Assembly (NCBI GenBank): GCA_965222615.1
Contig: CBDCUI010000008.1
Coordinates: forward strand, 960,001-1,024,000
Length of the DNA: 64,000 nt
Direction: 5' to 3'
Origin: Gammaproteobacteria bacterium
Lineage (GTDB): Bacteria; Pseudomonadota; Gammaproteobacteria; UBA4575
Part shown: in pieces, positions 30,800 through 42,796 of the stretch
Layout: every line of letters begins with the position of its first letter
Numbering within the stretch: the first letter of the stretch is position 1
Position numbers and translations under genes: made by a program
Notes under the pieces: model-generated
The model's input: the letters and a program-made list of their open reading frames with translations, nothing else
What the model was told of the DNA's origin: nothing
Database searches by the model: none

Positions 30800-31297
30800 A
30801 TGTCGAAGCAAGTTTCTACAAGCATTCAAGATGGAATTCATTTGCTTGCGCAGCGGATGGTCGAGAAACAGATTAAATTATGTGCTGCAGAGTCTTGTAC
30901 GGGTGGAATGCTGTCACAGTGGTTGACCACAGTGGAAGGTAGTTCGAAGTGGTTTGAATGTGGCTTTGTTACGTATAGTAATGCCTCAAAAATAAAGTTA
31001 TTAGGAGTACAATCTAAAGTATTGGATGAGCATGGGGCAGTAAGCCGTGAAGTTGCTGAGCAAATGAGTTTGGGTGCACTCAATAACAGTAAGGCCGATA
31101 TTTCTGTATCTATTACTGGAATTGCAGGACCAGGGGGTGGTAGTGAAGTAAAACCAGTGGGTACCGTTTATATCGCAACGGCTACGTTGAATCATGATGT
31201 GCATGTGGTCCACTATCAATTTGCAGGTAATCGCGATGAGATTCGTCTACAAACTACACATAGTGCTATACAGCAATTGATCGATTGTCTAGATTAA
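30800..31297 (+). CDS. pncC: CinA C-terminal domain protein / NMN deamidase
   Basis: AESCTGG, GAVS and SITGIAGPGGG motifs; upstream of recA. Confidence 0.88.
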   Translation: MSKQVSTSIQDGIHLLAQRMVEKQIKLCAAESCTGGMLSQWLTTVEGSSKWFECGFVTYSNASKIKLLGVQSKVLDEHGAVSREVAEQMSLGALNNSKADISVSITGIAGPGGGSEVKPVGTVYIATATLNHDVHVVHYQFAGNRDEIRLQTTHSAIQQLIDCLD

Positions 31298-31303
31298 TAA
31301 TAC

Positions 31304-31831
31304 ATGAGTAAAAAGCGATTATTTTTTGGTTTGATGCCGGAAGAGGGTATTCGTGATCAATTAGTAGAAGCAGCTAAATCTTTTGCAATCGTAAAAGGCG
31401 TACGACCGACCTCTAAAGATAATTTACATATTACATTATTGTTTTTAGGTGATGTAGAAGAAAATGCTCGTAAGTATTTAGAAAAAAAGGTAGTTCAGAC
31501 TTATATTCAGTCATTCACGATTCGACTAGATCTATACGGATACTTTAAACGTTCACAAATAATATGGATTGGATGTTCATCTTATCCTAGCGAATTAACT
31601 AGATTAGTTAACCATCTAAAATCTATAGGGGTTCAATGTGGGGTAGATTTTGATGATCGCCCACACAAACCTCATGTGACTTTATTTAGAAAAGTTCTTA
31701 GAGCAGATTTTCCGACTAAACCGATCTCAATCATTTGGAAGGTACACGAGTTTCATCTTATGGAATCTGTTTTAGAGGGAAATACAACACGTTATGATAA
31801 AATTGGGACTTATCGTTTGATGGACGAGTAG
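31304..31831 (+). CDS. thpR: RNA 2',3'-cyclic phosphodiesterase (2H family)
   Basis: RLFF, HITL and PHVTL motifs. Confidence 0.9.
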   Translation: MSKKRLFFGLMPEEGIRDQLVEAAKSFAIVKGVRPTSKDNLHITLLFLGDVEENARKYLEKKVVQTYIQSFTIRLDLYGYFKRSQIIWIGCSSYPSELTRLVNHLKSIGVQCGVDFDDRPHKPHVTLFRKVLRADFPTKPISIIWKVHEFHLMESVLEGNTTRYDKIGTYRLMDE

Positions 31832-31921
31832 CACAATGATCTGCAATCGTAAATATTATGTAGTTTAATATGTGTGATAATTCCACATTACAAATTAATT
31901 CCAACAAAATAGAGGTGAACA

Positions 31922-32962
31922 GTGGACGAGAATCGTAAAAAGGCGCTTGCAGCCGCATTAGGTCAGATAGAAAGACAGTTTGGTAAAGGTGCGGTAATGC
32001 GTCTAGGTGATTCAACTGCAGCACGTGATATTGAAGCAGTTTCAACAGGTTCATTGGCTTTGGATGTTGCACTTGGTATCGGCGGTTTGCCTAAAGGCAG
32101 GGTAGTTGAAATTTATGGTCCAGAATCTTCTGGTAAGACTACACTTACTTTGCAAGTCATCGCGGAATGTCAAAAACAGGGGGGGACCGCTGCTTTTGTT
32201 GATGCTGAACATGCTTTAGACCCAGTTTATGCAGAAAAAATTGGGGTAAACGTCGATGATTTACTAGTTTCGCAACCCGACACAGGTGAACAGGCCCTAG
32301 AGATTACAGATATGCTAGTTCGATCCGGTGCGGTTGATATTGTAGTGGTAGATTCTGTTGCGGCACTGACACCACGCGTTGAAATAGAAGGGGACATGGG
32401 TGACTCCCACATGGGTTTGCAGGCCCGTTTGATGTCTCAAGCCTTACGTAAGCTTACTGGTAACATTAAGCGTTCGAACACAATGGTGATTTTTATTAAT
32501 CAGATTCGTATGAAGATAGGTGTCATGTTTGGTAGCCCGGAAACAACTACTGGAGGTAATGCACTTAAGTTTTATGCTTCGGTACGTTTGGATATTCGAC
32601 GTATTGGCGCTATTAAGAAAGGTGATGAAATCCTTGGTAATGAAACACGCGTGAAAGTTGTTAAAAACAAATTAGCTCCACCATTTAAAAAAGCAGATTT
32701 CGAGATTTTGTATGGTGAAGGCATATCTCGGTTGGGTGAGATCATCGATATGGGTGTTGAAAATGGTATCGTCGATAAAGCCGGCGCATGGTACAGCTAT
32801 GAAGGTGAACGCATTGGTCAAGGTAAAGAAAATTCTCGTACCTATCTCAAAGAACATCCTGAAGTGGCAGAGGAAATCGAGACAAAATTACGTAACAAAT
32901 TATTACCGAACGCAGATGAACTCAATCAGGAAGTAGAAGAGGAAGAAACCACTGAAGCCTGA
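31922..32962 (+). CDS. recA: Recombinase A
   Basis: GPESSGKT and [14 protein letters not shown] motifs. Confidence 0.99.
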   Translation: MDENRKKALAAALGQIERQFGKGAVMRLGDSTAARDIEAVSTGSLALDVALGIGGLPKGRVVEIYGPESSGKTTLTLQVIAECQKQGGTAAFVDAEHALDPVYAEKIGVNVDDLLVSQPDTGEQALEITDMLVRSGAVDIVVVDSVAALTPRVEIEGDMGDSHMGLQARLMSQALRKLTGNIKRSNTMVIFINQIRMKIGVMFGSPETTTGGNALKFYASVRLDIRRIGAIKKGDEILGNETRVKVVKNKLAPPFKKADFEILYGEGISRLGEIIDMGVENGIVDKAGAWYSYEGERIGQGKENSRTYLKEHPEVAEEIETKLRNKLLPNADELNQEVEEEETTEA

Positions 32963-33404
32963 GCGTTCCATAAGAAACACTGCTCTTGATCTCCTGTCTA
33001 GGCGCGAACACACTCGTCTCGAGCTGACAAGAAAGCTAAAAGCCAAACAATTTTCCACAAGTGAAATTGGTGAGCTGCTTGATTGCTTGGAGGGCGAAGG
33101 TTTACAAAGTGACGCACGTTATACCGAAAGCTATGTGCATTCTCGTATACGACGTGGTGTGGGACCTATACGCATTAAGCTTGAATTAAAGGAACGAGGC
33201 GTGCCGGCAGATCTTGTAGACGAACATATCGACTTTCAAGATGAGGTCTGGTTGGATATTGCATGTAAGGAATATGAAAAAAAATTTGGCCAACTTGCTG
33301 CTGAATCTATCAAAGATCGGGCTAAACGTACACGTTTCCTACAATCCCGTGGGTTCACTGGTGATATAATTCAAAAAACTTTTGCTACCTTTATAAGGCG
33401 CTGA
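32952..33404 (+). CDS. recX: Regulatory protein RecX (probable CTG start)
   Basis: The frame upstream of 33087 encodes [10 protein letters not shown]; [11 protein letters not shown] and RFLQSRGF follow. In-frame TAG at 32934-32936. Confidence 0.85.
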   Translation: MKPERSIRNTALDLLSRREHTRLELTRKLKAKQFSTSEIGELLDCLEGEGLQSDARYTESYVHSRIRRGVGPIRIKLELKERGVPADLVDEHIDFQDEVWLDIACKEYEKKFGQLAAESIKDRAKRTRFLQSRGFTGDIIQKTFATFIRR

Positions 33405-33464
33405 ATTGGCGCTCACTGTTGATAAAAAGGAAATATCAACATCAGGCTACAAGACGGGATTAAC

Positions 33465-36065
33465 ATGGAACACAGTGCAGCGCTTCGCAGTGCGTTTTTA
33501 AACTTTTTTAAACAAAACGGCCATGAGATCGTGCCGTCTAGTCCATTGGTCCCTGCTAACGACCCAACCTTGCTATTTACCAACGCCGGTATGGTGCAAT
33601 TCAAAGATGTGTTCTTAGGCAAAGAATCTCTTAGCTATTCACGTGCAGTGTCTAGCCAACGCTGTGTTCGTGCGGGTGGCAAACATAATGATTTGGAGAA
33701 TGTTGGTTATACCGCAAGGCACCACACATTTTTTGAGATGTTGGGAAATTTTAGCTTTGGGGATTATTTTAAAGAAGAGGCCATTCACTATGCCTGGGAT
33801 TTTCTCACTAAAGAGATGCAATTACCGCAAGATCGTCTTTGGGTCACGGTATATGAGGAAGATGAAGATGCAGCCAAAATTTGGCTTGATGATCTAAAAG
33901 TTAATGCAAAGCAATTTGCACGCATCGGCGCCAAAGATAACTTTTGGGCAATGGGTGACACAGGTCCATGTGGTCCATGTACGGAAATATTTTATGACCA
34001 TGGCGACAAGGTGCAAGGCGGACCTCCTGGAACAGCTGAGCAAGAAGGGGATCGTTATGTAGAAGTTTGGAACCTCGTTTTTATGCAGTATGAGCGCGAC
34101 AAGCAAGGAAAATTAACCGAATTGCCTAAGCCTTCTGTGGATACTGGCATGGGTTTGGAACGTTTAACAGCGATCATGCAAGGAGTTACGAATAACTACG
34201 ATACCGATTTGTTCAAAGGGATTATCGAAACTACTGCTGATCTAGCCAAGGTTAAGGATCTATCTTTGCCTTCATTGCGTGTGATTGCTGATCATATTCG
34301 TTCTTGTAGTTTTATGATCACCGATAATGTAGTGCCTTCAAATGAAAGCAGGGGTTACGTGTTGCGCCGTATTATTCGACGCGCGGCACGACATGGACAT
34401 AAGCTTGGCATAACCGATCCGTTCTTTTTTAAATTAGTAGACCCGCTTGCAGATGTAATGGGTCAAGCCTTCCCAGAGTTAATGGATGCTCAGCCACGTG
34501 TACAAAAAGTTTTACAAAATGAGGAGCAAAGATTTAGTGAAACTTTACAGCAAGGTATGCGGATTTTACAAGACGATATTGAAAAATTAACGAACGATAC
34601 AATTTCGGGAGAAACCGTTTTTAAACTCTATGACACCTATGGGTTTCCCGCAGATCTCACCGCAGATATCGCACGCGAACAAGGACTAATGATCGATGCG
34701 GCCGGATTTGAACAGCATATGGAAGAACAACGTGAACGTGGTCGGCAAGCCAGTCGCTTTGATGTTGAATATGATGCTTCTATTGCTGTACAGACGAGTT
34801 CTATGTTTACTGGCTATAATCACACACAAGGTGAGGCAGTCATCCAAGAGATTTTTGTTAACAATAAACATGTGCAGGTAATCAATAAAGATGAATCTGG
34901 AATCATTATTTTAGATCAAACCCCGTTTTATGCAGAATCGGGTGGCCAAGTTGGTGACCAGGGTCTATTGAAGAAGGCGGATGCAATCTTCGAGGTTTGC
35001 GATACACAAAAGCAAGGTGATGCTCATGCACATCTTGGTACACTAACATCGGGTTCTTTGGCCGTAGGAGATCAAGTAGCTGCTTTGACAAATGCTGAGC
35101 GTAGGCAAGCGATTGTACTCAATCATTCTGCCACGCACTTGATGCATGCAGCGCTACGTCAGGTATTAGGTACGCATGTGCAACAAAAAGGTTCATTGGT
35201 TGCACCAGACCGCTTACGTTTTGATTTTTCCCATGATGCCCCGGTTACTGAGCAAGAATTGCAAGAAATTGAAAATATCGTGAATACACAGATTCGATTA
35301 AACACTCAGACTAGTGCAAAAATTATGGCAAAAGACCAAGCACTTGCTGCCGGTGCGATGGCTTTGTTTGGAGAAAAGTACGGTGAAGATGTGCGTGTGC
35401 TTTCAATTGGAGATTTCTCTATTGAGTTATGTGGAGGTACGCATGTGGAGCGTGCGGGTGATATTGGTATATTTAAAATTATCTCAGAATCCGGTATTGC
35501 CTCGGGTATACGTCGAATCGAAGCAGTTACTGGCAAGGGTGCATTAGATTGGATTAATGAGAATGAAAGCCAGCTAATGGATATTGCGCATATTGTTAAA
35601 GCATCTAGAAGCGAAGTAAGAGATAAAATCTCACAAATATTTGAGCGAAATCGTGAATTAGAGAAGGAACTCAATCAGCTTAAGTCAAAATTAGCTTCGC
35701 AGGCAGGCAGTGATTTGATTAAAGATGTAATTGAAATCGATGGTTTAAAAGTGCTAGCCCATAAAATAGAAGGTGCCGATGTTAAGTCGCTACGTGATAC
35801 TTTAGATCAATTAAAAAATAAGTTAGGCAGTGCAGCAATCGTATTGGGAACAGCAAATGGCACGAAAGTGAATTTAATTGCAGGAGTTACCAAAGATCAA
35901 GTCGATCGCATTAAAGCGGGAGACCTGGTTAATGCAGTGGCAGAACAGGTTGGCGGTAAAGGTGGTGGTCGCCCCGATATGGCGCAGGCTGGTGGTAATA
36001 AGCCAGAAGCTTTGGATGCTGCTTTACAATCTGTACCAGATTGGGTCAGAGCAAACTTGCAGTAG
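33465..36065 (+). CDS. alaS: Alanyl-tRNA synthetase
   Basis: [33 protein letters not shown] and GGKGGG motifs. Confidence 0.99.
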   Translation: MEHSAALRSAFLNFFKQNGHEIVPSSPLVPANDPTLLFTNAGMVQFKDVFLGKESLSYSRAVSSQRCVRAGGKHNDLENVGYTARHHTFFEMLGNFSFGDYFKEEAIHYAWDFLTKEMQLPQDRLWVTVYEEDEDAAKIWLDDLKVNAKQFARIGAKDNFWAMGDTGPCGPCTEIFYDHGDKVQGGPPGTAEQEGDRYVEVWNLVFMQYERDKQGKLTELPKPSVDTGMGLERLTAIMQGVTNNYDTDLFKGIIETTADLAKVKDLSLPSLRVIADHIRSCSFMITDNVVPSNESRGYVLRRIIRRAARHGHKLGITDPFFFKLVDPLADVMGQAFPELMDAQPRVQKVLQNEEQRFSETLQQGMRILQDDIEKLTNDTISGETVFKLYDTYGFPADLTADIAREQGLMIDAAGFEQHMEEQRERGRQASRFDVEYDASIAVQTSSMFTGYNHTQGEAVIQEIFVNNKHVQVINKDESGIIILDQTPFYAESGGQVGDQGLLKKADAIFEVCDTQKQGDAHAHLGTLTSGSLAVGDQVAALTNAERRQAIVLNHSATHLMHAALRQVLGTHVQQKGSLVAPDRLRFDFSHDAPVTEQELQEIENIVNTQIRLNTQTSAKIMAKDQALAAGAMALFGEKYGEDVRVLSIGDFSIELCGGTHVERAGDIGIFKIISESGIASGIRRIEAVTGKGALDWINENESQLMDIAHIVKASRSEVRDKISQIFERNRELEKELNQLKSKLASQAGSDLIKDVIEIDGLKVLAHKIEGADVKSLRDTLDQLKNKLGSAAIVLGTANGTKVNLIAGVTKDQVDRIKAGDLVNAVAEQVGGKGGGRPDMAQAGGNKPEALDAALQSVPDWVRANLQ

Positions 36066-36123
36066 CCACAATCAATAACCTATAAATAATTTACTAACCA
36101 TTTTTCACGGATAGAAATATAGC

Positions 36124-37344
36124 ATGGCATTAATCGTACAAAAATATGGTGGTACTTCTGTTGGTACAGTAGAAAAAATTGAACATGTTGCAGAAAAAGT
36201 AATTAAATGCAAACGGCAAGATAATCAAGTTGTTGTTGTGGTGTCTGCAATGAGTGGCGAAACCAATCGTTTAATTTCTTTAGCAGAAGAAGTGCAGGGC
36301 GAGATTCCTTATGGAAGAGAGTTAGATGTTTTAGTTTCTACAGGAGAACAAGTTACTATTGCGTTACTATCGATGGCACTCCAAAAGCGTGATTGCCCTG
36401 CCATTTCATCTACAGGTACGCAATTAGATATTCGTACCGATAACAAATTCAATAAAGCACGTATCCAAAATATAGATTCAGCTCGTTTAAAGAAGTTATT
36501 GGATGCCGGCAATGTAGTTGTTGTAGCAGGTTTCCAAGGAGTTGATGATGAAGGCAATATTACGACATTGGGTCGTGGCGGATCCGATACCACTGCCGTT
36601 GCTCTCGCAGCTGCAGTGCAAGCTGATGAATGTCAAATCTACACGGATGTAGATGGTGTATACACAACGGACCCAAGAGTTGAACCCAATGCACGTAGAC
36701 TCGATCGAATTACCTTTGAAGAAATGTTAGAGATGGCCAGTTTAGGTTCAAAAGTATTACAAATTCGTGCAGTAGAATTTGCAGGTAAGTATGATGTGCC
36801 GCTTAGGGTACTATCTACATTCGAAGAAGGGCCAGGAACTCTAATAACCTTTGAGGAAGAAAACATGGAAGACCCATTGATATCTGGAATCGCCTTTAAC
36901 CGGGATGAAGCCCAGTTGACCATCAAAGGCGTGCCGGACCAGCCGGGGGTGGCCGCTCATATTTTGGGTCCAATTTCGGCTGAAAACATCGAAGTTGATA
37001 TGATTGTGCAAAATGTGGGGTCTGATGGCACCACTGATTTCACTTTCACTGTACATAGAAATGACTATGATAAAGCACTGAAAGTACTTGAAACTACTGC
37101 AAAAAAACTCGGAGGAGGACAGGTGGGAGGGGATCCCCATATCGTAAAAGTTTCATTAGTAGGCGTTGGAATGAGGTCTCATGCCGGAATTGCGAGTAGA
37201 ATGTTCACTGCACTAGCGGATGAGAAGATCAATATTAGAATGATCTCCACATCGGAAATTAAAATTTCGGTCGTAATTGAGGAAAAATATTTAGAGCTGG
37301 GCGTGCGCGCCTTACATGAAGCCTTTGAATTAAATCAAGAATAA
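36124..37344 (+). CDS. lysC: Aspartate kinase
   Basis: QKYGGTSV, TLGRGGSD and two ACT domains. Confidence 0.96.
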   Translation: MALIVQKYGGTSVGTVEKIEHVAEKVIKCKRQDNQVVVVVSAMSGETNRLISLAEEVQGEIPYGRELDVLVSTGEQVTIALLSMALQKRDCPAISSTGTQLDIRTDNKFNKARIQNIDSARLKKLLDAGNVVVVAGFQGVDDEGNITTLGRGGSDTTAVALAAAVQADECQIYTDVDGVYTTDPRVEPNARRLDRITFEEMLEMASLGSKVLQIRAVEFAGKYDVPLRVLSTFEEGPGTLITFEEENMEDPLISGIAFNRDEAQLTIKGVPDQPGVAAHILGPISAENIEVDMIVQNVGSDGTTDFTFTVHRNDYDKALKVLETTAKKLGGGQVGGDPHIVKVSLVGVGMRSHAGIASRMFTALADEKINIRMISTSEIKISVVIEEKYLELGVRALHEAFELNQE

Positions 37345-37498
37345 ATGGAGAATAATGTAGCGGCTAACGTGTAGTGTGATAATAACAAAACAGCTTTGGT
37401 AAGGAGAGAAACCGCAGGAGCATACTTAATATGAATCATGTTAAGCATGTACTGATTAAATATATAACAATAAAAACGGACTATTAGGAGATACGGGA

Positions 37499-37690
37499 AT
37501 GCTGATTTTGACTCGGAGAGTCGGCGAAACGCTGATGATAGGAGATGATGTCACTGTCACTGTGTTAGGAGTGAAGGGTAACCAAGTACGTATTGGTGTC
37601 AATGCGCCGAGAGATGTTGCTGTGCATCGTGAAGAAATTTATGAACGCATTAAGCGTGAAAAGTCGCAAGCATCAGAATCTGCTGGTTGA
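37499..37690 (+). CDS. csrA: Carbon storage regulator CsrA/RsmA
   Basis: [10 protein letters not shown]...VHREEIY. Confidence 0.99.
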   Translation: MLILTRRVGETLMIGDDVTVTVLGVKGNQVRIGVNAPRDVAVHREEIYERIKREKSQASESAG

Positions 37691-37796
37691 CAAGTAGTCG
37701 CATCATTAAAGAAACAATCTACTCAAGTATCAGGTTCTCGGTCTGATATTTTTTGTTGTCGTATGTGGCTTATCTATAGATTGAAAGTTTCTAAGA

Positions 37797-37991
37797 TTAT
37801 TTAGAAGCTTTTTTTGCAAGTTTTGTAATCATATCGTTAAACCATAGATACCCAGCGAAAAATAATATAATTGAACCTATAAGTAACAATATCCACCCTA
37901 TGTACTGAATCTCAAAAGGTAAAAAGAAAAATCCTATTCCAATAGCATTTGTGACTAAGGCCAATAGAAGTGTTTGTCGTGGAGTGGGCAT
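37797..37991 (-). CDS. Small two-TM hypothetical protein
   Basis: Two hydrophobic helices and a basic tail; fills an intergenic gap. Confidence 0.55.
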   Translation of the reverse strand: MPTPRQTLLLALVTNAIGIGFFFLPFEIQYIGWILLLIGSIILFFAGYLWFNDMITKLAKKASK

Positions 37992-38024
37992 ATTGATTTA
38001 ATTGCAAATAGAATGGTATCTAAC

Positions 38025-38367
38025 TGGCGGAGAGGGACACTTGCGAGCGGGTATTGCTCGCAAATTGATGCTCGCGTAGCGATTCCATTATACATATTTT
38101 TTCAATAGCATTATGGCACGCACCTTCCATGATGCGGGCTCTCACTCACGTGTCCCTACGCTCGCGCCTGAAGGATTACAAAATACCTTCATAGGAGATT
38201 ATCTAAAAGTTGCTCGCATCCTCCCTGATGCGAACTCTCTCTCGTACTTCCATGTACTCCACCATAAAGGCCGTTGTGGCAAAGCCACAACGTTCAAAAT
38301 TGTTCCAGACAATTTTGTCGAACTCCATTGTTAATATGTCGGGAGTTCGAGACTTACCAACTGCATA
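38025..38367 (-). repeat. tRNA-linked repeat A (downstream of tRNA-Arg ACG); ends in the tRNA-Ser 3' sequence CCCTCTCCGCCA
   Basis: Its reverse complement aligns with 38703-38901 and 44622-44935. Confidence 0.85.
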
Positions 38368-38404
38368 AATATTAAAAAAGCCCTTTAAAGGTCTTTTTTA
38401 ATAT
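38368..38404 (-). terminator. Hairpin/T-tract terminator after tRNA-Arg(ACG)
   Basis: AATATTAAAAAAG...CTTTTTTAATAT inverted repeat. Confidence 0.6.
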
Positions 38405-38481
38405 TGGCGCGCCCGGAGAGATTCGAACTCCCGACCCCCTGGTTCGTAGCCAGGTACTCTATCCAACTGAGCTACGGGCGC
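38405..38481 (-). tRNA. tRNA-Arg(ACG)
   Basis: Reverse complement folds as a cloverleaf; anticodon arm CCTGG-CTACGAA-CCAGG, GTTCGA, CCA end. Confidence 0.97.
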
Positions 38482-38565
38482 TGATATGAAAGCCGGCGAT
38501 TATAACGAATTAGGCGATTAGAATTACATATATTATTAGGTATCCGATATACTCTTCCATCAATC

Positions 38566-38666
<101 letters not shown>

Positions 38667-38702
38667 CTGTAGTGTCTTAAGGCACGATTTTATGTATTTG
38701 TA

Positions 38703-38901
38703 TAATTGGTTAAGATTCGAACCTACGGTAATAGAAAATGGGGTTCGACTAATTCGTCGGGCGAGTATATGGATATACAAGAGAAACAATGCATTAGGGA
38801 GGATGCGTACCATAATGCTATTGAAAAAATATGTATAATGGAATCGCTACACGATACTTCATTTGCAAGTAATACCCACTCGCAAGTGTCCCTCTCCGCC
38901 A
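38703..38901 (+). repeat. tRNA-linked repeat B (downstream of tRNA-Ser); repeats the tRNA 3' end
   Basis: Ends CCCTCTCCGCCA; 38798-38901 is an imperfect inverted copy of 38025-38128. Confidence 0.85.
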
Positions 38902-39025
38902 ATATTTTACAACTTGTTACGAACGCAAACTCAATACATGCACGTAATTTTTGTAATTTAAGCCTAGTTCTGTAGGTCTCTATAAACGGATTATTTCCAA
39001 TTTAATTAACTATCAAGGAATTGAA

Positions 39026-39982
39026 ATGCTGCTTAAAGTTAGCAAAAACAGTGAAGTAAATGAGTTTGAAGTAACGGATGAAAATCTCTACAAAGAGCGC
39101 AGAAGGTTTTTGCAGTCAACGGCATCTATTTCAGCAGCTTCTTTAGTACCTACTTTTTCATTATGGCCTTCTCTTGGCTCAGCAGGCATAGATTTTACTA
39201 CCATCACGAAGAGCAAATTTTCTACTAATGAGGAATTAACACCTCATGATGCTGTAACTAGCTATAATAATTTTTATGAATTAGGTACTGACAAAGGCGA
39301 TCCAAAACGTAATGCTGGTCAATTAAAGGTAAAACCTTGGAGCGTCAAAGTTGAAGGAGAATGTAATAAACCGGGCGAGTATGACTTAGAAGATTTTATT
39401 TCTTCGACAATACTTGAGGAGCGTATCTATCGCTTACGTTGTGTAGAAGCTTGGTCCATGGTCATACCTTGGGTTGGGGTGGAATTAGGTAAGATATTAA
39501 AGCGTTTCGAACCCACGTCTAAAGCTAAATATGTGGAGTTTGTTACTATATTCGACCCGGATAATTTATCCGGGCAGAAGCGCGCTGTATTGGACTGGCC
39601 ATATCGTGAAGGTCTGCGAATAGATGAAGCCATGCATCCTCTCACCATTTTGGCTGTAGGATTGTATGGCAAAGAACTTCCGAATCAGAATGGAGCGCCA
39701 TTAAGATTGGTAGTGCCTTGGAAATACGGTTTTAAGAGCATTAAATCCATTGTGAGCATTCGTTTTATGGAGCAACAACCACCTACAAGTTGGAATGTTA
39801 CTGGGCCTGAGGAATATGGTTTTTATGCAAACGTTAATCCGGCTGTGAACCATCCGCGTTGGAGTCAAAAACGTGAGCGTAGAATCGGAGAATTTTTAAA
39901 ACGTGAAACTTTGCCTTTTAATGGCTATGCAGATGAGGTTGCTAGTTTATATGCAGGAATGGATCTCAAGAAAAATTATTAA
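39026..39982 (+). CDS. msrP: Protein-methionine-sulfoxide reductase, catalytic subunit
   Basis: Tat motif RRRFL; [16 protein letters not shown] and [10 protein letters not shown] motifs. Confidence 0.96.
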   Translation: MLLKVSKNSEVNEFEVTDENLYKERRRFLQSTASISAASLVPTFSLWPSLGSAGIDFTTITKSKFSTNEELTPHDAVTSYNNFYELGTDKGDPKRNAGQLKVKPWSVKVEGECNKPGEYDLEDFISSTILEERIYRLRCVEAWSMVIPWVGVELGKILKRFEPTSKAKYVEFVTIFDPDNLSGQKRAVLDWPYREGLRIDEAMHPLTILAVGLYGKELPNQNGAPLRLVVPWKYGFKSIKSIVSIRFMEQQPPTSWNVTGPEEYGFYANVNPAVNHPRWSQKRERRIGEFLKRETLPFNGYADEVASLYAGMDLKKNY

Positions 39983-40030
39983 TAAAGAGTAGTAACTAAA
40001 ATTTAATATTCATCAAATTCATATAGACTC

Positions 40031-40624
40031 GTGCAGAAAACCTCCACAGGTAAATCTTTAAAGCCTGTACTTTTTGTTCTTTTACTCATCCCCTTAGCTA
40101 TTCCCATTTATTGGTTTTTTACTAATGGGTTAGGTGCTAACCCAATTGAAACCATTAATCGTTGGACAGGTGACTGGGCGTTAAGAATTTTATTATTAAC
40201 TTTAACATTCTCGCCTTTGATAAGGATAACGCATTGGAATAATATCATTCAGTACAGAAGAATGTTTGGCTTATTTGCGTTTTTCTATGTATGTGTACAT
40301 ATATCATCATATGTTGTATTGGATCAGTTTTTTGATTTTAATGAAATTATAGATGATGTGTTAAAACGACCATTTATTACTGCAGGGTTTTCAGCATTTA
40401 TTTTGCTTATTCCACTTGCTATAACGTCATCTAATAAAATGGTTGAGCGTTTACAGTACCGATGGATTCAGTTACATAAACTGATTTATATTATCGCTAT
40501 CTTAGCTGTGTTACATTTTTGGTGGATGGTGAAAGCAGATAAACGTGAACCAGCTATCTATGCTGTTTTTCTTGCATTTTTGCTTGGGGTTAGATTGCTT
40601 TTCTATTTAAAGAGAAGAATTTAA
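40031..40624 (+). CDS. msrQ: Methionine sulfoxide reductase heme-binding membrane subunit
   Basis: RRMFGL and W..LHKLIY motifs; follows msrP. Confidence 0.95.
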   Translation: MQKTSTGKSLKPVLFVLLLIPLAIPIYWFFTNGLGANPIETINRWTGDWALRILLLTLTFSPLIRITHWNNIIQYRRMFGLFAFFYVCVHISSYVVLDQFFDFNEIIDDVLKRPFITAGFSAFILLIPLAITSSNKMVERLQYRWIQLHKLIYIIAILAVLHFWWMVKADKREPAIYAVFLAFLLGVRLLFYLKRRI

Positions 40625-40637
40625 AGTTATAAGGCAC

Positions 40638-42062
40638 ATGAAATATTCTCATGTCGTTGTTATTGACCAAGGTACGCATTCAACACGTGCAATTATCTAT
40701 AACCAAGCAGGTGATTCGGTATTTAAAGTCCAACAATCGATTGAACTTTTCTATTCTGAAAAATACCATGTTGAACAAGATGCTCAGCAAATCTTAAACT
40801 CATGTCGATATGTCATTGAAAAGTCAAAGGAATACATTGATGGTAATCGGCTACATAAGGTTGCTTTTGCTCTTACGACACAACGTTCAACAGTTGTCGC
40901 TTGGGACTTGCATTCTGGTGCTGCGTTAGCCCCGGCTTTAAGCTGGTTAGATACACGAGCTCAAAGTTATCTGCATTCACTTAAATTAAACGATAAACAA
41001 GTAAAATCTAAAACTGGTCTACCAATTTCGGCTCATTACGGTGCCTCCAAATTAAATTGGTTGTTACAAAATAATTCAAGTGTGAAAAAAGCTAAGCAAG
41101 AGGGTAATCTTTTACTTGGTCCACTTTCATCTTTTTTGATATTTAACCTTCTAGAAAAAAAACCATGCTTTGTAGATTATGCAAATGCACATCGCACGTT
41201 ATTATGGAACTTGAAAACCAGGAACTGGGATCAATCGCTAATGCAAGAATTTGATATTGATGTAACACTATTACCGAAGTGTGTGCCAAATATTTTTGCG
41301 TACGGAAAATTATGCGACTCAAGTTTTCCGTTAATCCTGGCTAATGGGGATCAAAATAGTGCAGTGTGTGGGTATGGAAAACTTGAAAAAAACACAATAT
41401 TTGTAAATATTGGCACAGGTGGATTTGTGTTAGCGGCAGGTCAAAAAACACCAGTGTTAGATTCCCGCTTATTAGCGAGTATTACCTATAGCACGAACGC
41501 AACTCAAGAATATGCGATGGAAGGGACAATTAATGGGGCGGGAGCAGCGCTTACTTGGGCTGAAGATGCTTGGAAAATTAATAACATTGGAAATGTGTCC
41601 TGGCATGATGTAATGGATGTTCCCATATTTCTAAATTCTGTTGGTGGCTTAGGTTCTCCCTATTGGGTAAGTGATTTGCACCCAAAATTTATAGATAAGA
41701 ACAAAAGCTACAGCAGCTATACACATGAGCAATGTAAAGCAGCCATTATGGAGAGCATAGTGTTTCTCATTGCCATAAATATTAATGAAATGCAAAAGCA
41801 TGGTATCAACGCGAACAAGCTTATTGTTGCAGGGGGGTTAAGCACCGATAAAAACTTATGCCAACGCATAGCGGATTTGTGTGAGGTCCCAGTAGTTGCA
41901 TCTAGTTTTAAAGAAGCCACATCTCGTGGTGCCGCATGGCTAAGTTTAGAGCAACCGAATTGGGAGCCCGTTGATATTATTAGCTTTGCTCCCAAAAAGG
42001 ATAAAAACATAATTGCGCGTTATAACAGCTTTAAGATGGAAATTGAGAGGTTAGTCCATTGA
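40638..42062 (+). CDS. FGGY-family carbohydrate kinase, glycerol kinase-like
   Basis: IDQGTHS, QRST and GDQ motifs; clustered with glpQ-like and glpD genes. Confidence 0.85.
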   Translation: MKYSHVVVIDQGTHSTRAIIYNQAGDSVFKVQQSIELFYSEKYHVEQDAQQILNSCRYVIEKSKEYIDGNRLHKVAFALTTQRSTVVAWDLHSGAALAPALSWLDTRAQSYLHSLKLNDKQVKSKTGLPISAHYGASKLNWLLQNNSSVKKAKQEGNLLLGPLSSFLIFNLLEKKPCFVDYANAHRTLLWNLKTRNWDQSLMQEFDIDVTLLPKCVPNIFAYGKLCDSSFPLILANGDQNSAVCGYGKLEKNTIFVNIGTGGFVLAAGQKTPVLDSRLLASITYSTNATQEYAMEGTINGAGAALTWAEDAWKINNIGNVSWHDVMDVPIFLNSVGGLGSPYWVSDLHPKFIDKNKSYSSYTHEQCKAAIMESIVFLIAININEMQKHGINANKLIVAGGLSTDKNLCQRIADLCEVPVVASSFKEATSRGAAWLSLEQPNWEPVDIISFAPKKDKNIIARYNSFKMEIERLVH

Positions 42063-42790
42063 TGAATAGATTGGTTGCGCATCGTGGCGATATGACTAAC
42101 TATCCAGAAAATAGTTTGTTGGCTTTTCGTCGTGCTGTGGAGCTAGGTTTTACCTATATTGAACTAGATGTTCAGTTATCAAAAGATAATGAGCCAATAG
42201 TGATTCATGATGAAAATTTAAAGAGGACTACAAGTGTAAACAAAAATGTAAGAGATTTAATGGCAGAAGAATTAACGACTATACCAATTAACTCACCACA
42301 TCGATTTAACGAAAAAAAGAACCTTTTAAAGGTTCCTACTCTAAGGCAAGTAGTAAAACTATTAAACGGCTATTCTAAAATTAATTTATTTGTAGAAATA
42401 AAAAAAGAAAGTGTTGAACATTTTGATGTTAGGAGTGTTGTAGATAAAGTGTTAGAAGTGCAGAACGATGCAAAATTTAACATTATTATTATCTCGTTCG
42501 TAGATAAAGTTGTTGACTATGTAAAAAGTCAAGAGGTGTATCCAACCGGATTTGTGCTGAAAAAATATGATGAAAAATATCATTTAAAAGCACAAAAACT
42601 AGAGCCGGATTATTTATTTTGTAATATCAAAAAGATTAATCGCCCATCAACATTATGGGTAGGCTCATGGAAATGGGTGCTTTATGACATTAAAAATCCT
42701 GAGTTTGCTTATGAGCTATTAGAACAGGGAGTTTCATTTATTGAAACAGGCGATATCGAAAAACTCAGCAAATTTGAAGAATTTAATTAG
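42062..42790 (+). CDS. Glycerophosphodiester phosphodiesterase
   Basis: AHRG, PENS, ELDV and HD motifs. Confidence 0.9.
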   Translation: MNRLVAHRGDMTNYPENSLLAFRRAVELGFTYIELDVQLSKDNEPIVIHDENLKRTTSVNKNVRDLMAEELTTIPINSPHRFNEKKNLLKVPTLRQVVKLLNGYSKINLFVEIKKESVEHFDVRSVVDKVLEVQNDAKFNIIIISFVDKVVDYVKSQEVYPTGFVLKKYDEKYHLKAQKLEPDYLFCNIKKINRPSTLWVGSWKWVLYDIKNPEFAYELLEQGVSFIETGDIEKLSKFEEFN

Positions 42791-42796
42791 AATACT

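Noticed and set aside
31832-31921. SOS box upstream of recA
   Set aside because: Neither CTGT-N8-ACAG nor GTTC-N7-GTTC was found.
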